From Planctomycetota bacterium (GTDB taxonomy: Bacteria > Planctomycetota > UBA1135), in assembly GCA_021776925.1 (NCBI GenBank), contig JAJFFB010000084.1:10365-74364 (forward strand): a DNA stretch of 64,000 nucleotides, written 5' to 3'. Positions 37,443 to 46,311 of this stretch are shown one piece after another. Within the stretch, counting starts at the first letter, position 1. Every line of letters begins with the position of its first letter. Position numbers and translations under genes: made by a program. The notes beneath the pieces are model-generated. The model saw nothing but the letters and a program-made list of their open reading frames with translations, was not told the DNA's origin and made no database searches.

Positions 37443-39665
37443 TTGGTAATTGGGCCCTGGCCTTTTTTGGGCGGATTGCCGAAGCGGCCTATAATTTGCG
37501 GCTTGCCTCATTTCACCCTGCTTTTACTGAGCTGGATCGCTCAGGATGCGCCCGCGGACCAGGCGGTTCCGCAGCTGGCCGTGCCAACGCTGGATCAAGC
37601 AGTGGAAATCGACGGGCGTCTGGATGATCCGGTGTGGCAGCAGGCTGCGCTGGTCGACGGCTTCCGCGAGGTCGAACCCTTTGAGGGCCGCCCGGCGGAA
37701 CATCGCACCGAAGTGCTGATGTGGAAATCCGAGACGCATCTGTACGTAGGATTCCGGTTTTTTGAGCCCGAACCTGAACAGATGGTCAGGCAGAACATGG
37801 TGCGCGATGCGCGCCTGATGGAGGACGACCGCATTCAATTCGTCCTCGACACCTTTCATGACGGCAAGACCGCATATTTCTTCCAGCTCTCCGCCGCTGG
37901 ATCTCGCGGCGACGCCCTCATCGGTGACAATGGATCGAGCTTCAACAAGCGTTGGGACGGTTTCTGGGAAGGGCGCACCTGGATCGGTCCGGATCGTTGG
38001 AGCGGCGAGATCGCGATCCCCTTCCGCACCATGGCGGTGGGCAAGGACGGCCGCTGGCGCGCCAACTTCGAGCGTTATCGCGGCTCCAGCCGCACGCGCT
38101 ACCGCTGGGCTTCTCCGCAGAGGGAATATCGCACCTTCAACGTCAGCGTTGGTGGCGAGCTGACCGGCTTTGATGACGTCGACCAGGGCCTCGGTTTGAC
38201 CTTCGCACCCTACGCCAAGGCCAAACGACTCAGCCAACACGGCGGCAGCCGTGAGTGGGACACCGGCTTCGGCGGCGAGATCGATTGGCGGATGACTCCC
38301 CAGCTCAAGCTCTCGGTTACGCGCAATACCGATTTCGCAGAAACCGAAGTCGACGACCGCCAGGTCAACCTCACCCAGTACAGCTTGTTCTTCCCCGAGA
38401 AGCGAGATTTCTTCCTCGAGGACGCCAACCTATTCGATTTCGGCCCGCGCGGTTTCCGCGGCCGTGGCGGCAACGCGGTCATCCCTTTCTTCAGCCGCCG
38501 CATCGGCCTGGTCGACGGCGAAGAGGTGTCGGTCGACAGCGGCGTGCGCCTGTCCGGGCGCGCCGGTCCATGGGATCTCGGTCTGCTCGCCGTCGACACA
38601 CCTGACACCCGCTTGGAGGACGGTTCCACCGTGCCCGCTAGCCAGATGTTCGTGCTGCGGCCTAAGTACAACCTCAGCGACCGCGTCGCCATTGGCGGTC
38701 TGCTCACTCACGGCGACCCCGACAGCGACCGCACCAACCTGGTCACCGGTCTCGACCTCACCTACACCACGCCGGACCTGTTCGACGGCCTGTTCAACAT
38801 GACCACCTATGCGGTGCGTAGCGAGGACGAGGCCAGCGCCGAGATCGGCGGCGTGGTCGGAACCCGTGCCAATCTCACCACCAGCAATTGGGAAATCACC
38901 GGCGAGGCGCTTGTGGCGCAAAATGAATTCAATCCCGGTCTGGGTTTCGTGCAGCGGCCGGGGCAGTCCAACCTCGGGCTCAACCTGCAATGGAGCCCGC
39001 GCCCTGCCGACCAGTCGAGTTCGGTGCGCAAGTACGAATTCCGCCTCAACCCCTTCGTCTGGTACCAGAGTGGCAGGATCATGTCGCAAAACCTGCGCAT
39101 GACCCTATTCGGCATCGAGTGGCACAACGGCTACGAGTTCCAGGTCGATGCCAACCTCCAGGGCGACCGCGTCGACGACGTCTTCGACCCAGGCGGAGTC
39201 CTGGTCGACCAGGGCTTCTACCACTGGGCCAACGCGCGCATCAATCTGCAGTCGCCCGAGGGCGACGACCTGTCCTGGGAGGCTTCCCTCGGCAGCGGCG
39301 GCTGGTACGACGGCGGTCGCACCGACTATTCCTTCGAGTTGAACTGGCGCCCTGGCCCGTGGCTTAGCCTGTCGCTGGATTACAGCGAGAACCTGATCGA
39401 CCTCGAGCGCGGTGACTTTGCCAATCGCATTGTCGCGCTGGGCGGCGACTTTTTCTATTCGCCCCAGGTGAGCTGGCAGAACCTGATCCAGTTCGACAAC
39501 GATTCCGACGAACTCGGCTGGCAGAGCCGGTTGCGCTGGATCCACCAGGACGGGCAGGAGCTCTTCCTGGTCTTCAACGCCGGTTGGGAAGAGCGCTTCG
39601 ATGGAGCGATCGTTCCCCAAGAGAAGGACCTCGCTCTTAAAGTGGTGTACTCGATCCGCTTCTGA
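37443..39665 (+). CDS. CBM9-like + DUF5916 domain protein (secreted or outer-membrane associated)
   Basis: IDGRLDDPVWQQAALVDGFREVEPFEGRPAEHRTEVLMWKSETHLYVGFRF...DDRIQFVLDTFHDGKTAYFFQLSAAGSRGD is the CBM9-like head typical of DUF5916 proteins, followed by a long beta-rich tail. The start is uncertain: TTG 37443, 37476 or 37503. Confidence 0.65.
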   Translation: MVIGPWPFLGGLPKRPIICGLPHFTLLLLSWIAQDAPADQAVPQLAVPTLDQAVEIDGRLDDPVWQQAALVDGFREVEPFEGRPAEHRTEVLMWKSETHLYVGFRFFEPEPEQMVRQNMVRDARLMEDDRIQFVLDTFHDGKTAYFFQLSAAGSRGDALIGDNGSSFNKRWDGFWEGRTWIGPDRWSGEIAIPFRTMAVGKDGRWRANFERYRGSSRTRYRWASPQREYRTFNVSVGGELTGFDDVDQGLGLTFAPYAKAKRLSQHGGSREWDTGFGGEIDWRMTPQLKLSVTRNTDFAETEVDDRQVNLTQYSLFFPEKRDFFLEDANLFDFGPRGFRGRGGNAVIPFFSRRIGLVDGEEVSVDSGVRLSGRAGPWDLGLLAVDTPDTRLEDGSTVPASQMFVLRPKYNLSDRVAIGGLLTHGDPDSDRTNLVTGLDLTYTTPDLFDGLFNMTTYAVRSEDEASAEIGGVVGTRANLTTSNWEITGEALVAQNEFNPGLGFVQRPGQSNLGLNLQWSPRPADQSSSVRKYEFRLNPFVWYQSGRIMSQNLRMTLFGIEWHNGYEFQVDANLQGDRVDDVFDPGGVLVDQGFYHWANARINLQSPEGDDLSWEASLGSGGWYDGGRTDYSFELNWRPGPWLSLSLDYSENLIDLERGDFANRIVALGGDFFYSPQVSWQNLIQFDNDSDELGWQSRLRWIHQDGQELFLVFNAGWEERFDGAIVPQEKDLALKVVYSIRF

Positions 39666-39667
39666 CC

Positions 39668-42091
39668 TTGCACCGTCGAGTCCTGCCCGCGCTGCTGGCG
39701 GCATTGATCTGTGCCGCGTTGTCGTGGGCGGTGCGCGAAGCCGCGGCGCAGCGTTTCGCCGGTGCACCCGGAACCGCACACGCCGGAAGCTGGTTCAGCG
39801 CCGAGCCCGACGGCCTCTATCACCTGCGCCGGGTCGAGCGCACCTTCCAAGAAGGCTGGCCGGTTGCCGCGCGCGACGCCCACCTCAACGCTCCGCATGG
39901 CGCCGCCATTCCGTGGCCGCCTTATTACGACACGGTGCTGGCCCTGCTCAGTTCGGCGGGTGCTCCCAGCGAGGAAGCCGCACGCCGCGCCTATCTGGAG
40001 CGCTTCCTGGCCACCTTGCCGATGCTTTTCGGCATCCTCACCAGTGCGCTGGCGGCGCTGCTCGCCTACTTCCTGACCCGGCGGCACCGATTCGCCGCCG
40101 CGCTGGCCGCCGGCGCCGGCCACGCCGCCAGTTTTGCCGCGGCGCAATACGCAGCTCCCGGCAGCGCCGATCATCACGCCTGGGTCAGTCTCGTCACCCT
40201 GAGCCTGTTCGGCGTGTTGTCACTGGGTCTGCGCCACGGCGCGATGTGGCGTGCGCGCCCGGCGAGGATCACGGGCATTCTCGGCGGCGCTCTGGCCGGG
40301 GTCCTGATCGGGTCGTGGGTCGCAGGACTGGTGGCCCTGGTGCTGATCCAGCTCGTCTTCGGCTGGTTATTGCTGTGGCAGCGGAAGACCCCGCGCCCGG
40401 CGCTGGCCCAACTCGGCGTGACCTTCCATCTGACCGCCGCTGTGGTCTTGCTCCCCGCAGTGTGGGCCAGCCCCTGGCGGCTCGAGCATCCGTGGATGGT
40501 GGTCAACCTGTCCTGGTTCCACCTGCTGGAACTCGGCCTCGGCGCGCTGGTCTTTGTGCCGCTCCGCCGCGATCCAAGCGGCGGGCGCTGGCACCCGCTG
40601 CTGCTGCCGGGCCTGATTCTGGCCCTTGGGGGGGGGCTGGTCGCCGCGGGCATCGGACCGGGAGCTGGCATCCGCGCCAGCTTCGAATGGGTCTCGCGCG
40701 CGGACTCCTTCATGTCCGGCATCGCCGAATCGGAACCGCTCTGGGGTGGCGATACCACCGGCAGCGGCGGAGCTTTGCGCTGGCTGGGGTATGGACTGCT
40801 GCTCGCTCCTCTGGCGTGGGCCTGGATCGTGGTGCAGGCCTTTTGGAAAGGGCGCAGCCAGCACCTGATCTGGGCGATCGCCCTGCCGGTCGTAGTGATG
40901 CAAGCCCTCGGTCAACGGCGCTTCGCCGAGGCCGCGGCGGCTCCGCTGGCGCTGGTGATCGCGCTTTTCCTGGCCGAGAGCGTGCTGCCGCGCCTGCTGG
41001 CGAAGCTGCGCCTCGCTCCCGCCGAAGCGAAGCAGGCGCGCAGCCAATCTGCCAGCGGGAACGGCTCCTCGACCCCGCGGACCCTCGGCTCGGTGTTCGC
41101 CGCGGTCCTGGCTCTGGTCATCGGCGCCGGCCTGCACGGCGGCCAGGCACTCGGCGGCCTCGCCGCTTGGGGCGATCGGCCGAACAGCCGCGCCGACAAC
41201 TATCAGGCCGGCTTGCGCCAGTGCGTGGAGTGGTTGCAGCATCAACCTCAGCATGCACCGCTGGTGCTGGCTCCGTGGGATATGGGTCATCTGCTCGAGT
41301 GGGGCGCGGGCGCCCGCACCCTGGCGACCAATTTCGGCAGTTACGTGGGTGAGCAGTCTTTCCTCGCCCCGGCGCGCTTCTTCCTTCACCCGCTGACTCC
41401 CGACGGCGGCGCGGCGCAAGCCGAAGCGATGCTGGCAGCCCACCAGGTGGATTACGTCCTGCGTCCGGCGCGCCTGACCATGAGCATCGACGACATGGTG
41501 CGGCGCGTACTTCCGCAAGGAGACAATCCCTTCGTCGAAAAGCGGCCAGCGGCCAAGGGTGGGCGCAGCATCAGTCGTCTGACCCCGGCCTGGTTCGCGA
41601 CCGCGGGCGCGGCCCTGGCACTCCCGCATCCGTCTGACGCCGGCAGCGGAGTCGGCGCCTACGCCTTTGAGGGGGGGGTCTATCCACTGCCCTTCCTGCG
41701 CCTGGTCTTCCTCTCGCCGCTCGCCGACGCGGACCCGCGCCACGGCATCGATCCGCAACCGTCCGCCATGGTGTGGCAACGCGTTGCCGGCGCCCGGCTC
41801 AGCCGTGACGCGCGCAGCGGCGACAGCCTCGAAGTGGTGGTGCCGGTGCAGCTCACCTGGGAGGGCAGAGAGGTCTTCCGCTTCGAGTACGGCAACACCG
41901 TGGTCGCTGCCGCGGACGGTCCGCTGCTAGTGCGTGTGCCCTATGCCACGGGCAGCCAGGGTGCGGCCACCGCGCGGCCGGCGAGCTGGCGCCATCTGCG
42001 CGCGGGCGAGGTGCTTGCCAGCGCCCAGATCATGATTGCAGAAGCCGCGGTGATCGCTGGCGAGGTCATTTCGCTCAACCCAACGCAGTGA
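39668..42091 (+). CDS. Polytopic membrane protein resembling STT3/AglB/PglB oligosaccharyltransferases
   Basis: TTG start 2 nt after the upstream stop. The first-loop motif AEPDGLYHLRRVE (39802-39830) resembles the D-x-D..YH.R loop of AglB/STT3. More than 10 TM helices. PWDMGHLLEW (W537-H541, 41276-41290) sits where WWDYG is expected, ahead of a ~260-aa soluble C-terminal domain. Confidence 0.55.
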   Translation: MHRRVLPALLAALICAALSWAVREAAAQRFAGAPGTAHAGSWFSAEPDGLYHLRRVERTFQEGWPVAARDAHLNAPHGAAIPWPPYYDTVLALLSSAGAPSEEAARRAYLERFLATLPMLFGILTSALAALLAYFLTRRHRFAAALAAGAGHAASFAAAQYAAPGSADHHAWVSLVTLSLFGVLSLGLRHGAMWRARPARITGILGGALAGVLIGSWVAGLVALVLIQLVFGWLLLWQRKTPRPALAQLGVTFHLTAAVVLLPAVWASPWRLEHPWMVVNLSWFHLLELGLGALVFVPLRRDPSGGRWHPLLLPGLILALGGGLVAAGIGPGAGIRASFEWVSRADSFMSGIAESEPLWGGDTTGSGGALRWLGYGLLLAPLAWAWIVVQAFWKGRSQHLIWAIALPVVVMQALGQRRFAEAAAAPLALVIALFLAESVLPRLLAKLRLAPAEAKQARSQSASGNGSSTPRTLGSVFAAVLALVIGAGLHGGQALGGLAAWGDRPNSRADNYQAGLRQCVEWLQHQPQHAPLVLAPWDMGHLLEWGAGARTLATNFGSYVGEQSFLAPARFFLHPLTPDGGAAQAEAMLAAHQVDYVLRPARLTMSIDDMVRRVLPQGDNPFVEKRPAAKGGRSISRLTPAWFATAGAALALPHPSDAGSGVGAYAFEGGVYPLPFLRLVFLSPLADADPRHGIDPQPSAMVWQRVAGARLSRDARSGDSLEVVVPVQLTWEGREVFRFEYGNTVVAAADGPLLVRVPYATGSQGAATARPASWRHLRAGEVLASAQIMIAEAAVIAGEVISLNPTQ

Positions 42092-42113
42092 CCTCGCGTC
42101 AATCGGCGCACAC

Positions 42114-42857
42114 TTACCAGGCGAGGACCATGGGCAGCAGACGGAAGGTGTAGACCAGCACCACGGCGCCGAGGAAACTGGCCAGCGTGCCAAGCAGGTA
42201 GTACTCGCTGAAGCGCCGTTGATCCAGTTCGCGGAAGCGCACGATCGACTTGGCGGTGATCACCAGACCGGCTGCGCCCCACTGCCCCTCGAGCATGAGC
42301 AGAAAGAGCAGGGTGCGTTCGAGTACGCCGATCATCCAGCCCATGCGCAACTGCTCTTCACTCGCGCTGGCGCCGCCTTCGTGCGGATTCCAACGGCGCA
42401 AGAATTCGGCGACCAGGAAGCCCACCCCGCGCGTGTTGAATGCCAGGCAAGCGATCAGCAGGCCGGCGCTGCCGCGCAGGTTCAAATCCCCGGGATGCAT
42501 CCTGAAGTCTTCGCTGAAGAAGGTGGCGAGCACCGCCAGGCTGGCCCAATGGGCGGCCTGATCGAGTGCGAACCAGCCCAGCGGTGCCGGACGCCAGTCT
42601 TCGAGCATCAGCTTCAGGGCGTCAATGACCGCGTGGGCAAGCGCGGCGAACAGCGCGAGTAGCACTCCCAAGGAACCGAACATCGGCGCCAATAGCAGGG
42701 CGTGCCCCAGGAAGACCTGCAGCACGTGGCCGAGCAGTGCGCGCCGCCTGGTAGAGCGCTGCAGCTTGGCCGCCACCATGGCGTTGCTCTGCAGGACGAA
42801 GTCGGCGAGCATGTGTCCGCCGAGCAGGACGAAGAATAGGGCGTATTCAGGATTCAC
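42114..42857 (-). CDS. DUF3307-family membrane protein
   Basis: The N-terminus MNPEYALFFVLLGGHMLADFVLQS is the characteristic DUF3307 start (H..ADF.LQ). There are several further TM helices. It overlaps the SatD-like gene stop by 11 nt. Confidence 0.6.
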   Translation of the reverse strand: MNPEYALFFVLLGGHMLADFVLQSNAMVAAKLQRSTRRRALLGHVLQVFLGHALLLAPMFGSLGVLLALFAALAHAVIDALKLMLEDWRPAPLGWFALDQAAHWASLAVLATFFSEDFRMHPGDLNLRGSAGLLIACLAFNTRGVGFLVAEFLRRWNPHEGGASASEEQLRMGWMIGVLERTLLFLLMLEGQWGAAGLVITAKSIVRFRELDQRRFSEYYLLGTLASFLGAVVLVYTFRLLPMVLAW

Positions 42858-43719
42858 GAGCTTGTCGGATCTTCCAGGCGAGAACCGCCGTTGCGGCGAT
42901 CATGCCGCTCTGGAAGGAACGATAGCTCGCCGCCTGCAGGGCCTTGGTGATATTCGGCGCGGTGACCCCGCGCTCCGCCGCCACCTCGGTACGTGGTACG
43001 TCGTGCTGCAGTTTCGCTGCAGGAGTCTGCAGGTGCGCGGCTGGAGTTTGCAGGCGCAGGTCCTTCGAGGTGCGCAGAACGGTATCCGCCTGGGTCGAAG
43101 TCCAGCCGGTGATCAGCGCGCCCAGGGGATTGAAGACTCCGGCGACCACCTGGTTTGCGTCTGGCCAACCGGGGTCGCCGCCGCCTGCGGGCGGGAATCC
43201 GCGCGTGGCGAGGAACAATCCATCTTTCTTGGCCTCGGCCAGGGCCCGTTGGGCGCGATGAAAACACGGGCCGTCCAGCGTGCCGATGCGCTCGATCATG
43301 CCCAACGGCCGGCTGGGGTCCAGGGTGCTGAGTGAGCCGATCCCCATGCCAAAGGTGAAGCGCACCCTGTGGGTGGGAAACTGCGCCGCCCCGGCGGCCA
43401 GCCCGAGGATCAGGCGCATCACGATTTCGGCGGATTGGCGCAGCGGAGCTGCATCCGAATTGCCCGCACTTGGAAGAAGAAACAAGGCCTGGACCTCGTC
43501 CCCGCCGACCAATTCCGGCCCCGCCCTAAGGCCCCCGCGGTGGGCCAACAGGTGTGCCTGGCCCTGGACCAGCTTGGTCATGTTCTCCTGGACCAGTTTG
43601 GTTATGTGGCCCTGCAGGGAACGGCGGGCCTCGGGCTCCAACTCGCGGGAGCCGTCCAGGTCAGCGGTCAGAGCCAGGAAGGTCGGAGGTTTCATTGCCC
43701 TAATAAGGGAAATATACAT
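42847..43719 (-). CDS. SatD-family protein (cyclase-fold-like N-domain + C-terminal HTH-like region)
   Basis: ALTADLDGSRE, GGDEVQALF, FGMGIGSL and LDGPCFHRAQRAL follow the SatD layout. The C-terminus PRTEVAAERGVTAPNITKALQAA looks like an HTH. The start is either ATG 43719 or ATG 43695 (MKPP). Confidence 0.6.
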   Translation of the reverse strand: MYISLIRAMKPPTFLALTADLDGSRELEPEARRSLQGHITKLVQENMTKLVQGQAHLLAHRGGLRAGPELVGGDEVQALFLLPSAGNSDAAPLRQSAEIVMRLILGLAAGAAQFPTHRVRFTFGMGIGSLSTLDPSRPLGMIERIGTLDGPCFHRAQRALAEAKKDGLFLATRGFPPAGGGDPGWPDANQVVAGVFNPLGALITGWTSTQADTVLRTSKDLRLQTPAAHLQTPAAKLQHDVPRTEVAAERGVTAPNITKALQAASYRSFQSGMIAATAVLAWKIRQARES

Positions 43720-43721
43720 TT

Positions 43722-43765
43722 AAAAAGCCAAAAAAGACTAAAAACATGAAAAATAACCGAAAAAA
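43722..43765. promoter_or_regulatory. Five phased A-tracts in the divergent SatD / hbd-like intergenic region
   Basis: A5-A6 runs start at 43722, 43730, 43740, 43749 and 43760, a spacing of 8-11 nt. They sit in a 117-nt intergenic region that is exceptionally A-rich for this genome. Confidence 0.5.
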
Positions 43766-43836
43766 GGCAATAGATCCTCGAGGGCAAAAGGCGCAGGGCT
43801 AGAATCCTGCCCCCCGGAGCTCCGGGGCCGCAATCC

Positions 43837-44703
43837 ATGCACAACGCTAGCGAAATCCAACGAGCCGCCGTTCTTGGAGCAGGAACCATGGGAGCTGGAA
43901 TTGCCCAGGTCCTGGCCCAGGCCGACTGCCAGGTCGTGCTTTTCGACGTCCAGGAGCGGGCTACCGCCGCTGGCCTGGAGCGGATCGGGGCAATGCTTGC
44001 CAAGGCGGTGGCCAAGGGCAAGGCCAGTACTGAGGATGCCGACGCAGCACGCGCGCGGATCTGCCCGGGGCAGGACCTGGCGACGGCGTGCGACGGCGTC
44101 GATCTGGTGGTCGAGGCGGTGCCGGAAATCCTCGAGCTCAAGTGCAGCCTGCTGGCCCAGGCCGAGGCGGCCGCGCCTGCACATGCGCTGCTGGCCAGCA
44201 ACACCTCCTCGTTGTCGATCGACGCCCTGGCGGCGTCCCTGAACGACCCCAGCCGCTTCCTCGGCCTACACTTTTTCAATCCGGTGCCGGTGATGAAGCT
44301 GCTCGAGATCGTCGTCGGAGCCGCCACCGCCGAGGAAAGGGTGCAGGTGGCCCGCCAGCTGGCCCAGCGCCTGCACAAGGACGGCATCGTGGTGCGCGAC
44401 ACCCCCGGCTTCGCCAGTTCGCGCCTGGGCCTGGCGATCGGGCTCGAAGCCATGCGCATGGTGGAACAGGGGGTGGCCTCGCCTGAGGACATCGACACCG
44501 CCATGATCCGTGGCTACGGCTTCCCGATGGGTCCGCTGAAGCTGACCGACCTGGTCGGTCTGGACGTGCGCCTCGGCATCGCCGAATACCTCGCCTCGAC
44601 GCTGGGACCGCGCTTTGAGCCGCCCTCGCTGCTGCGCGAAATGGTGGCTCAGGGCAAGCTCGGCAAGAAGAGCGGCGAGGGTTTCTATCACTGGGAAACC
44701 TGA
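43837..44703 (+). CDS. 3-hydroxybutyryl-CoA / 3-hydroxyacyl-CoA dehydrogenase
   Basis: NAD-binding AVLGAGTMGAGIAQVLA, NTSSLSI, HFFNPVPVMKLLEIV, PGFASSRL, and a C-terminal dimerisation domain GYGFPMGPLKLTDLVGLDV. Confidence 0.85.
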   Translation: MHNASEIQRAAVLGAGTMGAGIAQVLAQADCQVVLFDVQERATAAGLERIGAMLAKAVAKGKASTEDADAARARICPGQDLATACDGVDLVVEAVPEILELKCSLLAQAEAAAPAHALLASNTSSLSIDALAASLNDPSRFLGLHFFNPVPVMKLLEIVVGAATAEERVQVARQLAQRLHKDGIVVRDTPGFASSRLGLAIGLEAMRMVEQGVASPEDIDTAMIRGYGFPMGPLKLTDLVGLDVRLGIAEYLASTLGPRFEPPSLLREMVAQGKLGKKSGEGFYHWET

Positions 44704-44730
44704 ACCCACCGGCGGGGTTCCTGAGCTAGC

Positions 44731-46311
44731 ATGGACGGCATGTCGATCCAGGATCCAGGGGCGCCGCTCAGCCCGCGCGAGCGCGCGATCCATCTACTTT
44801 CCAGGCTCAGCTTCGGCGCCACCGAAGAGAGCGTCGAACAGGTCCTGCAACAGGGAGAATCAGCCTGGCTTGACGCCCAGCTCGAGCCCGCTGTCGAAGG
44901 ATCACCCGCGCTGATCGCGGCGCTGTCCGAGTTGCCCACCGTCAACATGGATTCGCCGGCGATCTATGAATGGGTCAACGGCGAACCCAGCGAAGAGGAA
45001 CTCAGCCTGGAAAAACGGCGCGAGCTCAATCGCCGTCGGCGCCTGCCGCGCGAGCACCTGCTCAAGGCGGTGCACCTGCGCTCGGTCCTGAGCACGCGCC
45101 AGGTGTTCGAGGTGCTGGCCGACTTCTTCCGCAATCACTTCAACGTCAGCTTCACCAAGGGGGGGGTGTCGGACTATCTAATCACCGACTACGAGAACCA
45201 GGTGGTGCGGATGCACCTGCTCGGCACCTTCGCCGACATGCTGCGTGCCTCTGCTTCGCATCCGGCGATGCTCTATTTCCTCGACAACCACCTGTCACGA
45301 AGGCCGCCGAGCAAGCAGGAACTTGCCGAGATCGAACGCAACACGCGGCGCAGTACCGGGTCGCGGCAGCGCGGCGCCGAAGCCGCCCTGATCGCCGCGC
45401 AGCGCGGCCTCAACGAGAACTACGCGCGCGAGCTGCTTGAACTGCACACCCTCGGCGTAGACAACTACTACAAACAACGCGACGTGATCGCGGTCGCCGA
45501 AGCGCTCACCGGCTGGACCTTCAACAGTGGCCGCTACGCCGAATGGGATTTCCGTTTCCGCAGCGACATGCACGTCGAGGGGCCGAAGAAGGTCCTCGGG
45601 CACCTGGTGCGCGAAGACCGCGATGGCGGTCTCGAGGAGGGGCACGACATCCTGAAGATGTTGATCGAACACAAGGGCACCGCCGACTTCATCGCCATGA
45701 AACTGGTGCGCTACCTGGTTGCCGATCAGCCCCCCCCCGACCTGGTCAAAAGCGTTGCCAAGGTGTTCCGCAAGAGCGAGGGCGACATTCAGGCCCTGTT
45801 GCGCGCGATCATCGAGAGCGACGATTTCTGGCTGCGCCGCAACTACCGCACCAAGTTCAAGACGCCGAATGAATTCCTGTGCAGTGCCTTGCGCAGCCTC
45901 GGCGCGGAGATCATCGATCCGACCCGCGTATTACGCGTCATGGCCGACATGGGGCAGCCGCTCTACCACTGTGACGACCCCACCGGCTGGTACGACACCG
46001 CCGAATCGTGGCTCGACCCCGGTGTGATGGCGCGGCGCTGGCAGTTCGCCGAAGAACTCGCCGCCAACCGCATCGATGGCGTCACCATTCCACCCGACTT
46101 CTACCAATCGCTGCCCGCCGAAGTCCCACGGCTGTGGCAGCACCACCTGACCAAGCGTCTGCTGCCCAGCGGCGCCGGCCAGCGCACCCGCAACGCGCTG
46201 TCCACCGTGACCGACCAGTACCTGGCCAAGGCCAAGGTCGCCGACGTTCAGGAACTCGGCCCGCCCCTGGTCGGGCTCCTCCTCGGATCCCCGGAATTCC
46301 AGCAGCAATGA
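44731..46311 (+). CDS. DUF1800 domain protein
   Basis: HLLSRLSFGAT....WLDAQLEP at the N-terminus and ENYARELLELHTLGVDNYY in the core are DUF1800 hallmarks. It forms an ATGA overlap with the downstream DUF1501 gene. Confidence 0.8.
   Translation: MDGMSIQDPGAPLSPRERAIHLLSRLSFGATEESVEQVLQQGESAWLDAQLEPAVEGSPALIAALSELPTVNMDSPAIYEWVNGEPSEEELSLEKRRELNRRRRLPREHLLKAVHLRSVLSTRQVFEVLADFFRNHFNVSFTKGGVSDYLITDYENQVVRMHLLGTFADMLRASASHPAMLYFLDNHLSRRPPSKQELAEIERNTRRSTGSRQRGAEAALIAAQRGLNENYARELLELHTLGVDNYYKQRDVIAVAEALTGWTFNSGRYAEWDFRFRSDMHVEGPKKVLGHLVREDRDGGLEEGHDILKMLIEHKGTADFIAMKLVRYLVADQPPPDLVKSVAKVFRKSEGDIQALLRAIIESDDFWLRRNYRTKFKTPNEFLCSALRSLGAEIIDPTRVLRVMADMGQPLYHCDDPTGWYDTAESWLDPGVMARRWQFAEELAANRIDGVTIPPDFYQSLPAEVPRLWQHHLTKRLLPSGAGQRTRNALSTVTDQYLAKAKVADVQELGPPLVGLLLGSPEFQQQ

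Noticed and set aside
39601-41779. Plus-strand 583-aa (39601..41352) and minus-strand 470-aa (40367..41779) ORFs overlapping the STT3-like gene.
   Set aside because: These are Arg/Pro/Gly-rich shadow frames. The 39668 frame yields coherent TM helices and OST-like motifs.
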